Shown: positions 9,199 through 17,841, numbered from the stretch's first letter. The stretch: 64,000 nt of DNA from Anaerolinea sp. (GCA_013822395.1 PNKK01000013.1:4723-68722), one strand, 5' to 3'. A program made the numbers and translations. Notes: generated from the letters alone by a model not told the origin.

Positions 9199-9983
9199 GG
9201 CAGGCCCTCACCGACGGCCTGGTGGTCACCTGGCGGAACCTCAAGCGGATTCCGCGGATCCCGGAGCTCGCGATCTTCGCGATCCTCCAGTCGATCATGT
9301 TCGTGCTGCTGTTCGCGTTCGTCTTCGGCGGGGCGATCCCGCTTCCGGGCGGCGCGAGCTACCGCGAGTACCTGATGCCGGGAATCTTCGCTCAGACGAT
9401 CGTGTTCGCCGCTGCCACGACCGCGATCGGGATGTGCGATGACATCAACAAGGGCCTCCTCGACCGCTTCCGCTCTCTCCCGATGGCGCGGTCCGCGGTT
9501 CTGAGCGGCCGCACCGTGGCCGACGTCGTCTACAACGCCGGGATCCTGGTCGTCCTGATGGTCTCCGGGTTCGTCGTCGGCTGGCGGGTCAACACCGGGA
9601 TCCCTGAGCTCCTCGCGGGCATCGGGCTGCTGCTGCTCTTCGCGTTCGCGATGTCGGCGATCGGCGTCTGGCTCGGGCTGGCCGTGCCGAGCGTCGAGGT
9701 CGCCCAGCAGGTCTCGTTCACGGTGCTCTTCCCGATCACGTTCGTCTCGAACGTTTTCGTCCCGCCCCAGTCGCTCCCGGACTGGCTCCAGCCCGTCGCG
9801 GAGTGGAACCCGGTGAGCACGTTGACCGCGGCGACTCGCGAGCTGTGGGGCAACCCGAACCCGTACGTCGGGACCGGCCTGCCGGCCGAGGAGCCGGCCC
9901 TCGTGACGATCGGCTGGGTGATCGTGATCGTCGCGATCTTCCTGCCGACCGGGGTCCGCCGCTACCGGAACCTGAGTCGCTGA
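9195..9983 (+). CDS. ABC-2 type transporter permease
   Basis: 262 aa polytopic membrane protein. Start overlaps the ATPase stop (ATGA). Confidence 0.85.
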   Translation: MRQALTDGLVVTWRNLKRIPRIPELAIFAILQSIMFVLLFAFVFGGAIPLPGGASYREYLMPGIFAQTIVFAAATTAIGMCDDINKGLLDRFRSLPMARSAVLSGRTVADVVYNAGILVVLMVSGFVVGWRVNTGIPELLAGIGLLLLFAFAMSAIGVWLGLAVPSVEVAQQVSFTVLFPITFVSNVFVPPQSLPDWLQPVAEWNPVSTLTAATRELWGNPNPYVGTGLPAEEPALVTIGWVIVIVAIFLPTGVRRYRNLSR

Positions 9984-10019
9984 CAAAGGACGCGGACACA
10001 CCCACGAAGCTGGCGCGCC

Positions 10020-10049
10020 TTGACAGAATCTAACACCGTGTTAGATTCT
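10020..10049 (+). promoter_or_regulatory. candidate leaderless promoter with embedded perfect 10-bp inverted repeat (operator)
   Basis: TTGACA (10020-10025), 16-nt spacer, TAGATT (10042-10047), then ATG at 10055 only 7 nt after the -10. AGAATCTAAC-accgt-GTTAGATTCT (10025-10049) is a perfect inverted repeat between the -35 and -10. Confidence 0.55.
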
Positions 10050-10054
10050 CGGAC

Positions 10055-10555
10055 ATGAGCGAGGTCATCTATGCTCGGGTCCCGTCGGAGCTGAAGGCAG
10101 CCGCGGACGAATACGCCCGCGAGAACGACCGCACGACCGCGTCCGCGTTGGCCGTCCTTATCGATCGAGGCCTCCGAACGACGTCAACGATCCGCGATCT
10201 CGAGCGTCGGGTCGTGGATCTCGAGGGCGAACTCGCCGCAGCGCGAGCGCGAGCAGGGGAGCACGAGGCGACCATCGTGGTCCTCCTGGAAAAGCAGAAG
10301 ACGCTCGAGAGTGCTTACCAGGCGCTCGCAGACCGGATGGGAAAGGGCCTGGGAAGATGCCCGGCATGCGAGGGGCCAGTCACCGGGCAGGACCTTCTCG
10401 TCTCGGGCCGGTGCCCGAACGCCGCGTGCCAGAAAGGACTCGCGTCCCTCCTCGTCTCGCAGCCAAAGGGCCTCGACGAGCGGGAGCTGCTTCTCCTGAT
10501 CGGGGCGCTCGGCCTCGTGCTGGGCATCGCCTTGATGCAGACCAAGAACGAATAG
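10055..10555 (+). CDS. ribbon-helix-helix / coiled-coil / zinc-ribbon protein with C-terminal TM anchor
   Basis: 166 aa. N-terminus VIYARVPSELKAAADEYARENDRTTASALAVLIDRGL resembles Arc/CopG RHH. Heptad-like helix follows. CPAC-x16-CPNAAC zinc ribbon. C-terminal LLLLIGALGLVLGIALM helix. Confidence 0.6.
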   Translation: MSEVIYARVPSELKAAADEYARENDRTTASALAVLIDRGLRTTSTIRDLERRVVDLEGELAAARARAGEHEATIVVLLEKQKTLESAYQALADRMGKGLGRCPACEGPVTGQDLLVSGRCPNAACQKGLASLLVSQPKGLDERELLLLIGALGLVLGIALMQTKNE

Positions 10556-10565
10556 GAGGCATCCC

Positions 10566-10694
10566 GTGAACCTGCGATCGCTCGCCTTTGCCATCCTGGT
10601 GATCCTCGCCGCGTCGGCCTGGGTCACCTATGCCAAGCGCCCGACGGCGCACAACCTGCGCCGGGCGGTCCGAGACACCGTGCCACTCCTGTGA
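10566..10694 (+). CDS. small single-TM protein (42 aa), hypothetical
   Basis: Not in the ORF track (too short). GTG at 10566 is preceded by AGGAGG (10554-10559) with a 6-nt spacer. Product VNLRSLAFAILVILAASAWVTYAK... has one TM helix. Confidence 0.35.
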   Translation: MNLRSLAFAILVILAASAWVTYAKRPTAHNLRRAVRDTVPLL

Positions 10695-10809
10695 TGACTC
10701 AATCCACAGCTGGCGAACCCCAGATTCGACGTTGTCCACCTCCGCCCCAGGGGTTTTCCCGCACCCAGTGCGGCTCCGGCCGAATCTCGTTGATGGCCTC
10801 CCAAGGCTG

Positions 10810-10871
10810 TCATTGACAATGATGTCATGATGCGAGATGGGGCTGACAATCGAACGCACGTTCGGTATCAT
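10810..10871 (+). promoter_or_regulatory. palindrome plus candidate leaderless promoter of the methyltransferase gene
   Basis: TCATTGaCAATGA palindrome (10810-10822). CTGACA (10843-10848), 17-nt spacer, TATCAT (10866-10871), then in-frame GTG at 10878 six nt downstream. Confidence 0.45.
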
Positions 10872-10877
10872 GCTGGC

Positions 10878-11966
10878 GTGAGCGACCTGCCAGCCATCAG
10901 CCTCTTCTCGGGCGTCGGGGGCCTCGACCTGGGCGTAGCCAGGGCTGGTTTCGACGTTCGGGTGGCTGTCGAGCTCGACCGCGATTCGGCTGCGAGCCTC
11001 CGTGCGAACCACTTCCCCGATCGCCAGGATGCCGTCTTCGAGCGATCGATCGTGGGCCTTGATGTGTCCGAGATCCTGGAGCGAGCAGGCCTGATGGCGG
11101 GCGAAGCAGCACTTGTGGTCGGCGGTCCCCCCTGCACCCCGTTCAGCAAATCGGGCAACTGGCTCGAGTACAAGCGGACGGGCAACGACCCCGACGCCTC
11201 GCTGCTGGACGAGTTCGCAAGGGTCGTCGAGGATGCCCGACCTGCGGCCGTCCTCATGGAGAATGTCTGGGGCCTTGCGTACAGGAACCACAACACAGTC
11301 CCGCTCTCCAGGCTCATGGACCGCCTGGAGGCAGTCGGCTACCGGGTCAGGTGGGAGGTGCTCAACGCGGCCGACTACGGGATCCCGCAACTCCGGAAGA
11401 GGCTGATCCTCTACGGGATGCTCGGCGAGGATCCTCCCGAACTGCCGAGGGCGACGCACTCTGGGTGGACTGAGACGAAGCGTGTCGTTGACCAAAACCT
11501 GCTCCCATACGTCACCAGCCGACAGGCGATCGGCGACCTCGAGCATCGCGACGACCTCGCGGAGACGGATGAGGAGGTCAACGGCCGGTATGGGCACCTG
11601 TTGCCGGAGATTCCGGCTGGGGACAACTACCTGTATTTCACCGAGAAGCGAGGGCACCCAGAGCCCTTGTTCAGGTGGCGAGGCCGCTACTGGACCTTCC
11701 TCCTGAAGCTGGACCCCGAGCGGCCCTCGACCACGATCCAAAGCCAGCCCGGTCCTTACATCGGTCCGTTCCATTGGAACGACCGGAGGCTCCGACTGCT
11801 GGAGGTCAAGCGACTGCAGACCTTCCCGGATGACTACGTAGTCGTCGCCCGCAACAGGCGGTCGTGGCAGAACCAGCTTGGCAACGCGGTCCCGCCGAGA
11901 CTGGCCGAGATCGTCGCGCGCCCGTTGGCAGACGCTCTTCGCTCGCGCCTGTTGGTGCCCACCTAA
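10878..11966 (+). CDS. DNA (cytosine-5)-methyltransferase
   Basis: Motif I LFSGVGGLDLG, motif IV GGPPCTPFS, motif VI ENV, QLRKRL, motif X GNAVPP. An alternative upstream start at 10827 (ORF track) is possible. Confidence 0.9.
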   Translation: MSDLPAISLFSGVGGLDLGVARAGFDVRVAVELDRDSAASLRANHFPDRQDAVFERSIVGLDVSEILERAGLMAGEAALVVGGPPCTPFSKSGNWLEYKRTGNDPDASLLDEFARVVEDARPAAVLMENVWGLAYRNHNTVPLSRLMDRLEAVGYRVRWEVLNAADYGIPQLRKRLILYGMLGEDPPELPRATHSGWTETKRVVDQNLLPYVTSRQAIGDLEHRDDLAETDEEVNGRYGHLLPEIPAGDNYLYFTEKRGHPEPLFRWRGRYWTFLLKLDPERPSTTIQSQPGPYIGPFHWNDRRLRLLEVKRLQTFPDDYVVVARNRRSWQNQLGNAVPPRLAEIVARPLADALRSRLLVPT

Positions 11967-11967
11967 G

Positions 11968-12666
11968 TCAAGCCTCCTCCTCGGCCACGACCCGCTCGGA
12001 CTCGGCTGCGTCTGGGGTCTTCTTGATCGGAAGAGATCGCCAGTACGCGTAGAAGTCGTCGATCGTGTCGAACGCGCCGCGCTCGGCCCGCAAGTCCGCG
12101 AGGGAGTCCATCGCGCCGATGTAGTTCCGCGTGGTGCTCGAGCGCTTCATGGACGCGACGCGCCACGTCTCGACGACGAGGATCTCGACGTTCTGGACGC
12201 CGCCGTCCACCCAGTCGTACAGGACGATCAGATCGATGTGCCACGCCATGTCGCCATAGGCAACGCCGACGCCCGGGATCGGTTCGGTGGGCCGTCTGAA
12301 GTAGGAGTCGAAGGGGCCGAGCGTGATCCGGGACTGCGTCCTGGTCGGCGCCCCGCCTCTCCTCATTTTGCGGCGCGCCACCTTCACGTCCAGGGCCACG
12401 CGGCGGTTGTCGACAGCGCGCCCCGTGAGAAGGACGTCCGGGTATCCCCGACCCGACAGATCGTCGAGGATGTCGAGACCGCGAACGGCATACGCCTTGC
12501 GCTTGAAGTGCTCCGTCACGGAGACCTCAACCACCTTCGCGACGACGGCGGGCTCCTTGGGCAGCGGGATCACACGTCCGTCATCGAGGATGATCCCGCG
12601 GACGTTCCAGTGATAGTCGTGGACGGCCGCCCTCAGCCATGCCTTGACGCCTTCGAGCGTGGTCAT
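11968..12666 (-). CDS. putative type II restriction endonuclease (PD-(D/E)XK)
   Basis: Convergent with and abutting the methyltransferase. GYPDVLL...ALDVKV fits PD...(D/E)xK. The ORF extends to 12780, but that part overlaps vsr, so the ATG at 12666 (MTTLEG...) or 12696 is preferred. Family not recognised. Confidence 0.55.
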   Translation of the reverse strand: MTTLEGVKAWLRAAVHDYHWNVRGIILDDGRVIPLPKEPAVVAKVVEVSVTEHFKRKAYAVRGLDILDDLSGRGYPDVLLTGRAVDNRRVALDVKVARRKMRRGGAPTRTQSRITLGPFDSYFRRPTEPIPGVGVAYGDMAWHIDLIVLYDWVDGGVQNVEILVVETWRVASMKRSSTTRNYIGAMDSLADLRAERGAFDTIDDFYAYWRSLPIKKTPDAAESERVVAEEEA

Positions 12667-12737
12667 GTCAGATGTCGCGCGTCCTCTCGCCACCATGCCG
12701 TGGAGAATAGCAGCGGGCCCAGTCGTACCATCCGGTC

Positions 12738-13220
12738 GTGCGCCTTCCCTACCCGAACCCATCGTCAGAGTCGGCGTCACGGGTCATGCGCGGCAACCGA
12801 GGATCCGGCACTGGGCCGGAGGTCCGGTTACGCTCGGCGCTGCACCGGGACGGACTGCGCTTCCGAACGGGTCTGCCGGTGCTCGCAGGCGACGTGCGGG
12901 TCCGGCCCGACGCCACGTTCACCCGCGCACGGCTTGCCGTCTTCGTCGATGGCTGCTACTGGCATCGATGTCCGGAACACGGAACGCGGCCGTCGGCCAA
13001 TGCCGCGTACTGGGGGCCGAAGCTCGACCGCAACGTAGACCGTGACCTCCGCGTCGACGCCGCGCTCGCCGGGGAGGGGTGGGCTGCGGTGAGGCTGTGG
13101 GAGCACGAGATCCAGGCAGACCTCGCCGAATGCGTCGGAAGGGTTCGGGCCGCCCTCAGGGTGAGGCCTGACCGATCGAGCCTCCTGAGGACGCCGCGTA
13201 CCCGTGACCGACCGCCATGA
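12738..13220 (+). CDS. vsr: very short patch repair endonuclease
   Basis: 160 aa. SxxMRGNRGSGTGPEVRLRSALHRDGLRFR, FVDGCYWHRCPEHG and NAAYWGPKLDRNVDRD are Vsr signatures. Confidence 0.9.
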   Translation: MRLPYPNPSSESASRVMRGNRGSGTGPEVRLRSALHRDGLRFRTGLPVLAGDVRVRPDATFTRARLAVFVDGCYWHRCPEHGTRPSANAAYWGPKLDRNVDRDLRVDAALAGEGWAAVRLWEHEIQADLAECVGRVRAALRVRPDRSSLLRTPRTRDRPP

Positions 13221-13226
13221 AAGGAA

Positions 13227-13254
13227 GAACCCCGGCTGGTCGGGGCCGGGGTTC
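13227..13254 (-). terminator. stem-loop between vsr and tRNA-fMet
   Basis: GAACCCCGGC (13227-13236) pairs with GCCGGGGTTC (13245-13254), 8-nt loop. On the minus strand it is followed by TTCCTTTC, so it fits best as the tRNA terminator. Confidence 0.45.
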
Positions 13255-13269
13255 TCAGGGAGAGGCGGT

Positions 13270-13344
13270 TGGTTGCGGGGAGGGGATTCGAACCCCTGAC
13301 CTTCGGGTTATGAGCCCGACGAGCTGCCGCTGCTCCACCCCGCG
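13270..13344 (-). tRNA. initiator tRNA-fMet (anticodon CAT), CCA encoded
   Basis: The reverse complement CGCGGGGTGGAGCAGCGGCAGCTCGTCGGGCTCATAACCCGAAGGTCAGGGGTTCGAATCCCCTCCCCGCAACCA folds as a 75-nt cloverleaf. It has the C1-A72 mismatch and three GC pairs in the anticodon stem, both initiator hallmarks. Confidence 0.95.
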
Positions 13345-13448
13345 ACCTCGCATTGTACTCGGGCGGCGCCGATCGGGCAACGACTTCTCGATGCCATGTC
13401 GATGCCAAGTGAGATCTGTCAGGGCTAGCGACTTCCCGACATCCGCAG

Positions 13449-14822
13449 TCACCGCGCCGTGCCGCCCGCGGGTGCGTCCAGCGACGGGCGGGCCGCGGGT
13501 CGCATGGCTCGGAGCGCCGGGCCGCTGACGACCAACGTGACGGCGAGCAGGACGGTCACGGCGGCCGAACCGACAAAGAACGGAAGCGAGAGGTCCACGG
13601 CGGCCATCACCCCGGTCGCGAGGGCCGCGGCGATCGTCCCGATGGTTCCCGCCGCCCCGAGGACGCCCTGGGCCGTGGACGACCGGCCGGCTGGCGTGCC
13701 CCGCGCGACGACAGCGTACGTCGCAGGCCCCAGAAACGAGAAACCGATCGCCTCGACGGCGACGAGCGGCACGTAGAGCAGCGGATCTGGCGTCACCGGA
13801 TAGGCGACCATCGTCACCGCCATGACGAGCAGACCGAAGATGATGAACGGGAACGGGCCCCGCCGGTCGACGATCCGCCCACCGAACGGCGAGACGAGAA
13901 TCGTCACCAGGCCGAATGTCGCGAACGTCACCCCGATGAGCTCGACCCCACCGCCCCGGTCGGTGACGAACAGCGACCAGATCGTCTCGTACAGCCCGCC
14001 CCCGAAATAGCCGGCCAGGTTGACGAGGATCGCGGCCGCGATGAACCGATTCCGGAGCGACGCAGGCACCTCGCCAGCCAGGTGTCCGGCCACCGTGGTC
14101 CGCCCGGTGTCGGCAAGGTCGGGTCCAAGATCCCCCGGGAACTCGGCAAGGGACCCGGGTGGGGTCACCCGCGTGTGCGGGACGCGAATCTCCGGCACCC
14201 GAACGGCCACCGCGAGCGATGCGACGAGCGACGCGACGGCGGCAAGCACGAGGACGAAGACGTACCCGCCGACGAGGGCGGTCCCGACGCCGCCGATCGC
14301 CGGCCCGAGCAGGATCCCGCCCATCTGCGCGGCGTTGTAGAGGCCGAACACCTCGCCCCTCCGACCGGCCGGCGCCGCGTCATTGAGATAGCCGCGGGCC
14401 GCCGGGTCATACATCGCGGTCCCCAGACCGGAGGCCGCCCGGAGCGCGACGAACGCGACCGGTGCGGTCCAGATCGCCATCGCCCCGACCGACGCGCCGG
14501 CAACGACCAGCCCGAGGACCATCAGCGGGACACGCGCCGCTCGGTCCGCGAGCATGCCGAAGAGGGGCTCCGCGATCAGGCGCGCGGCAGGCCAGGCGGC
14601 GATCACGACGCCGAGTAACGCGAGATCCACGCCGTTCTCGGTGAAGTAGAGGGGCATCACCGGGAGCAGCGCGCCAAAGCCGGTCCACAGGATGAACTCG
14701 GCCGCGAGGAGGGGCAGGATGGCACCCCACCGGACAAACCATCTGGCGATGCCGTCGCCGGCGCGGGAGATCAGGGACCCGGTGGGCATGGGTCCGCATC
14801 GTAGCCGGTCGCCGCGTACCAT
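13449..14822 (-). CDS. MFS transporter
   Basis: 457 aa, about 12 TM segments, with an MFS-like motif LFGMLADRAARVP after TM2. Start may be the ATG at 14789. Confidence 0.8.
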   Translation of the reverse strand: MVRGDRLRCGPMPTGSLISRAGDGIARWFVRWGAILPLLAAEFILWTGFGALLPVMPLYFTENGVDLALLGVVIAAWPAARLIAEPLFGMLADRAARVPLMVLGLVVAGASVGAMAIWTAPVAFVALRAASGLGTAMYDPAARGYLNDAAPAGRRGEVFGLYNAAQMGGILLGPAIGGVGTALVGGYVFVLVLAAVASLVASLAVAVRVPEIRVPHTRVTPPGSLAEFPGDLGPDLADTGRTTVAGHLAGEVPASLRNRFIAAAILVNLAGYFGGGLYETIWSLFVTDRGGGVELIGVTFATFGLVTILVSPFGGRIVDRRGPFPFIIFGLLVMAVTMVAYPVTPDPLLYVPLVAVEAIGFSFLGPATYAVVARGTPAGRSSTAQGVLGAAGTIGTIAAALATGVMAAVDLSLPFFVGSAAVTVLLAVTLVVSGPALRAMRPAARPSLDAPAGGTAR

Positions 14823-14830
14823 CCCCGTCG

Positions 14831-15154
14831 ATGTCGCCGACCACGATCGCGCTCGTCGGGCTCGTCGCCCTCCTCGTCCTCATCCCGACGCGGCGGTTGC
14901 AGCTGGCCGGCTGGCGGCGCGAATCGCTGACAGCGTACTTCCTCGTCGTGTGGGCGCTGGGGGCGCTGATTGCCGCGATGCCGGGACCCGCACGCTTCCT
15001 CGTCCCGATCCTGATCGTCGCCTATCTCGCGCCGTTCGTGACGCTGCGGGACGGCCTGGATCGACTGCTCGGGCGGCCCCGCGGCGGGGGCGGTGAGGTG
15101 GCGGATCGCCCGCCGGCCAAGGACGTGACGCCTCCGGAGCAGCACGACCGATGA
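14831..15154 (+). CDS. hypothetical small membrane protein
   Basis: 107 aa, three hydrophobic helices. Stop overlaps the next start (ATGA). No recognisable motif. Confidence 0.45.
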   Translation: MSPTTIALVGLVALLVLIPTRRLQLAGWRRESLTAYFLVVWALGALIAAMPGPARFLVPILIVAYLAPFVTLRDGLDRLLGRPRGGGGEVADRPPAKDVTPPEQHDR

Positions 15155-15948
15155 TCGGTCCGCTCGCCCTCCACGGCGGCGGCGAGTTCCTGTCGGGTGA
15201 CGAGCCGTTCCTCCGTCACCTCATCAAGCTCGCGGTCGCGGCCGCGCGCGAGCGCGTCCGAGCCTGTGCGCCCGGGAACACGACACCCGGTGGGACCCCT
15301 GTCGAGACCGTCCGGGTCGAGCTCCTCACGACCGCCGTCGCGCGGCATCGACCCGACCTCGCCTTCGCGGTGGGCTCGGCGGCCCTTGAGCGGCTGGCCG
15401 CGGAGGCGGCCGACGCACCCGACGCACCCGACCCTGGCGCGCTGACCGTCCGGATTCGCCATGCTCGCGCCGTCGACGCCACCTCGGCCGAGGACGCGAC
15501 GATCGCCGGCCGGCTCGCAGGCGCGGACCTTGTCTACCTGCCCGGCGGGGACCCGGACGCGGTGGTCGAGATTCTCGCGGGGACGCTCGCCTGGCGGAGC
15601 GTCGAGGCGGCACGTGCACGAGGCGCGGTCGTTGCCGGGGCGAGCGCGGGCGCGATGGCCCTCGGTGAGCGGACGTGGATGCGCGACGGGCTCGGCGCAG
15701 GGTTCGGCTGGGCAGGCCGACTCGCGGTGGTGCCGCACGCGACGGCAGAACGCGTGGTCTCGATGCGCTCCGCGGTCGACGGCCTACCGCGCGGCACCGA
15801 GCTCGCGATCCTGGGCCTGCCCGAGCGGACCGGCGTGACCGGCCGGCCTGGAGCGTGGGTGGTCGTGGGCGATGCCGGGGTCTGGTGGTGGCCGCCGCAC
15901 GCGCCGGCGCCGCGGCACGAACCGGCGGGTGCCATCATCCGCGACTGA
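15151..15948 (+). CDS. peptidase S51 / class I glutamine amidotransferase-like protein
   Basis: LHGGGEFLSGDEPF, LVYLPGGDPDAV and nucleophile-elbow-like GASAGAMALG resemble the cyanophycinase/peptidase E fold. Family assignment is tentative. Confidence 0.55.
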   Translation: MIGPLALHGGGEFLSGDEPFLRHLIKLAVAAARERVRACAPGNTTPGGTPVETVRVELLTTAVARHRPDLAFAVGSAALERLAAEAADAPDAPDPGALTVRIRHARAVDATSAEDATIAGRLAGADLVYLPGGDPDAVVEILAGTLAWRSVEAARARGAVVAGASAGAMALGERTWMRDGLGAGFGWAGRLAVVPHATAERVVSMRSAVDGLPRGTELAILGLPERTGVTGRPGAWVVVGDAGVWWWPPHAPAPRHEPAGAIIRD

Positions 15949-16220
15949 GCAGGCGGTCGGTCGGCGACGGTCGCATCGCCGGCGTCGCGGCGGAGCTCGA
16001 GCAGTCGTGGTCACCCGGAATCGACGGGACTTCGAGCGGCAGGCTATACGCGTCCTCGACTATTGAGCCGGCCCGCGCCCGCACGCCGACTCCGCTCGTG
16101 GCCGTCGATGACGCCGACGGTCATCTGGAAATTCCCCCCCGCGCGGGAATCCGGCCATACGGATCCGGAGACCGACGTCGGCCGCATCGCACGGCATCGC
16201 GCCGCACAACCCCCAACCCG

Positions 16221-16973
16221 TCACGCTCCGGTTCGCAGCCGGACCCCAATCCGAGCGGCCGCGGCCTGCACCGCCACCGCCACGGCCGCCTCCGTCCCCG
16301 GCGTCGGGAAGCGATACGTCGGCCCGTGGGCATGGACCGCCGCCACGACCTCCCCGTCCGCCCCGGCGATCGGAGCCGCCACGGACGCGATCCCCTCGGC
16401 GAACTCCTCGCGCACCCAGGCGTGGCCGTCGCGTCGCACGTCTCGCAGCCGCTCCAGGAGCGTACCCGCGTCCGTGATGGTCCACGACGTGAACCGCTCG
16501 AGCGGCTCGGCCAGGAACCGCGCCACCGCCGGCGACGGGAGGTGAGCCAGGAACACCTGCCCGGAGGACACCGCGTGCATGGGAATGCGCGAGCCGGTCC
16601 AGTCGCGGACCTGCACCGGGTTCGGGGAATCGACCTGATCGACGTAGTGGACGGTCCGCCCGTCCGGCACCGACAGCCCCGCGGCCTCGCCGAGCTCGCC
16701 GGCCAGGGCGACGAGCGTTGGATGGGCGATCGCGACGAGCCCGCGAGTGTCCCGGAGCCCGGCGGCAAGCGACACGAGACGCGGCCCCAGGCGGTAGCGC
16801 GTCTCCCCGGGAACCTGCTCCACGGCGCCCTCGCGCTCGAGCGACGCGAGCAACCGGGCGGCCGTGGACTTCGGAAGGCCGACCCGACCGGCGACGTCGG
16901 TGACCCCGACCGGACCGTCGGCGAGCGCGCCGAGGACGGTGAACGCGCGCTCGATGCTCTGGACTCTGGACAT
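16221..16973 (-). CDS. IclR-family transcriptional regulator
   Basis: 250 aa. N-terminal wHTH (VQSIERAFTVLGALADGPVGVTDVAGRVGLPKSTAARLLASL) and C-terminal IclR effector domain. Confidence 0.85.
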   Translation of the reverse strand: MSRVQSIERAFTVLGALADGPVGVTDVAGRVGLPKSTAARLLASLEREGAVEQVPGETRYRLGPRLVSLAAGLRDTRGLVAIAHPTLVALAGELGEAAGLSVPDGRTVHYVDQVDSPNPVQVRDWTGSRIPMHAVSSGQVFLAHLPSPAVARFLAEPLERFTSWTITDAGTLLERLRDVRRDGHAWVREEFAEGIASVAAPIAGADGEVVAAVHAHGPTYRFPTPGTEAAVAVAVQAAAARIGVRLRTGA

Positions 16974-17006
16974 CCGGCTCCCCGTCGGCTACGCTGTCGG
17001 TCGGTC

Positions 17007-17041
17007 GTTCCATCATACGGCATTGTTCCACGATATGGAAC
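17007..17041. promoter_or_regulatory. candidate IclR-type operator in divergent intergenic region
   Basis: GTTCCAcgataTGGAAC perfect palindrome (17025-17041) plus an upstream GTTCCA half-site (17007-12). The TGGAA/TTCCA half-sites resemble classical IclR boxes. Confidence 0.5.
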
Positions 17042-17075
17042 CACCCGGAGACCGCACAGGAGCCAGGATCACCCG

Positions 17076-17777
17076 ATGGCACAGGATGGCTACCAAGACA
17101 TCGACCTCAGCGGACTCGCCGACGCCGAGCTGGTCGAACAGATGCACAACGACCTGTACGACGGGATGGCCGCCGAGATCGTCCAGGGCACGAACATCCT
17201 CCTCGGCCGCGGCTGGGGTCCCGAGAAGGTCCTGAATGAGGCCCTCGTCGAGGGCATGCGCATCGTCGGCATGGATTTCCGCGACGGGATTCTATTCGTG
17301 CCTGAGGTGCTCCTGGCGGCCAATGCGATGAAAGCCGGGATGGCCATTCTCCGTCCGCTCCTCGCCGAGACCGGCGCGCAGCCGATCGGCAAGGTCGTGA
17401 TCGGGACGGTCAAGGGCGACATCCACGACATCGGCAAGAACCTCGTCGCGATGATGCTCGAGGGCGCCGGCTTCGAGGTCCACGACCTCGGGATCAACAC
17501 CGATGCCGACAAGTTCATCGCCGCGCTCGAGCTGCACCAGCCGGACATCCTCGGGATGTCCGCCCTCCTCACCACCACGATGCCGTACATGAAGGTCGTC
17601 ATCGAGGAGCTCAAGAAGCGGGGAATCCGCGATGACTACATCGTCCTCGTTGGTGGCGCGCCCCTGAACGAGGAGTTCGGCCAGGCCGTCGGCGCCGACG
17701 CCTACTGTCGGGATGCCGCAGTCGCGTCGGAGACCGCTCGCAGGCTCGTCGAGCAACGCCGTGCGCAGGTCGCCTGA
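17076..17777 (+). CDS. corrinoid (cobalamin-binding) methyl-carrier protein
   Basis: 233 aa from the ATG at 17076. B12-binding cap plus Rossmann domain with GDIHDIGKN (DxHxxG) and MSALLTTTM, as in MtgC/MttC-like proteins. The upstream part of the 700-aa ORF is non-coding. Confidence 0.9.
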   Translation: MAQDGYQDIDLSGLADAELVEQMHNDLYDGMAAEIVQGTNILLGRGWGPEKVLNEALVEGMRIVGMDFRDGILFVPEVLLAANAMKAGMAILRPLLAETGAQPIGKVVIGTVKGDIHDIGKNLVAMMLEGAGFEVHDLGINTDADKFIAALELHQPDILGMSALLTTTMPYMKVVIEELKKRGIRDDYIVLVGGAPLNEEFGQAVGADAYCRDAAVASETARRLVEQRRAQVA

Positions 17778-17841
17778 CGGCACGTCCATCCGGCGCGGGC
17801 CGGCGTTGTCGGCTGCGGGCACTCACGCACGCACGACCGAG

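Noticed and set aside
15675-17075. The first roughly 467 codons of the 700-aa plus-strand ORF 15675-17777
   Set aside because: This part overlaps the S51-like gene and is antisense to the IclR gene. Its sequence is Arg/Pro-rich. Only the portion from ATG 17076 (SD-like AGGAG upstream) matches corrinoid proteins.
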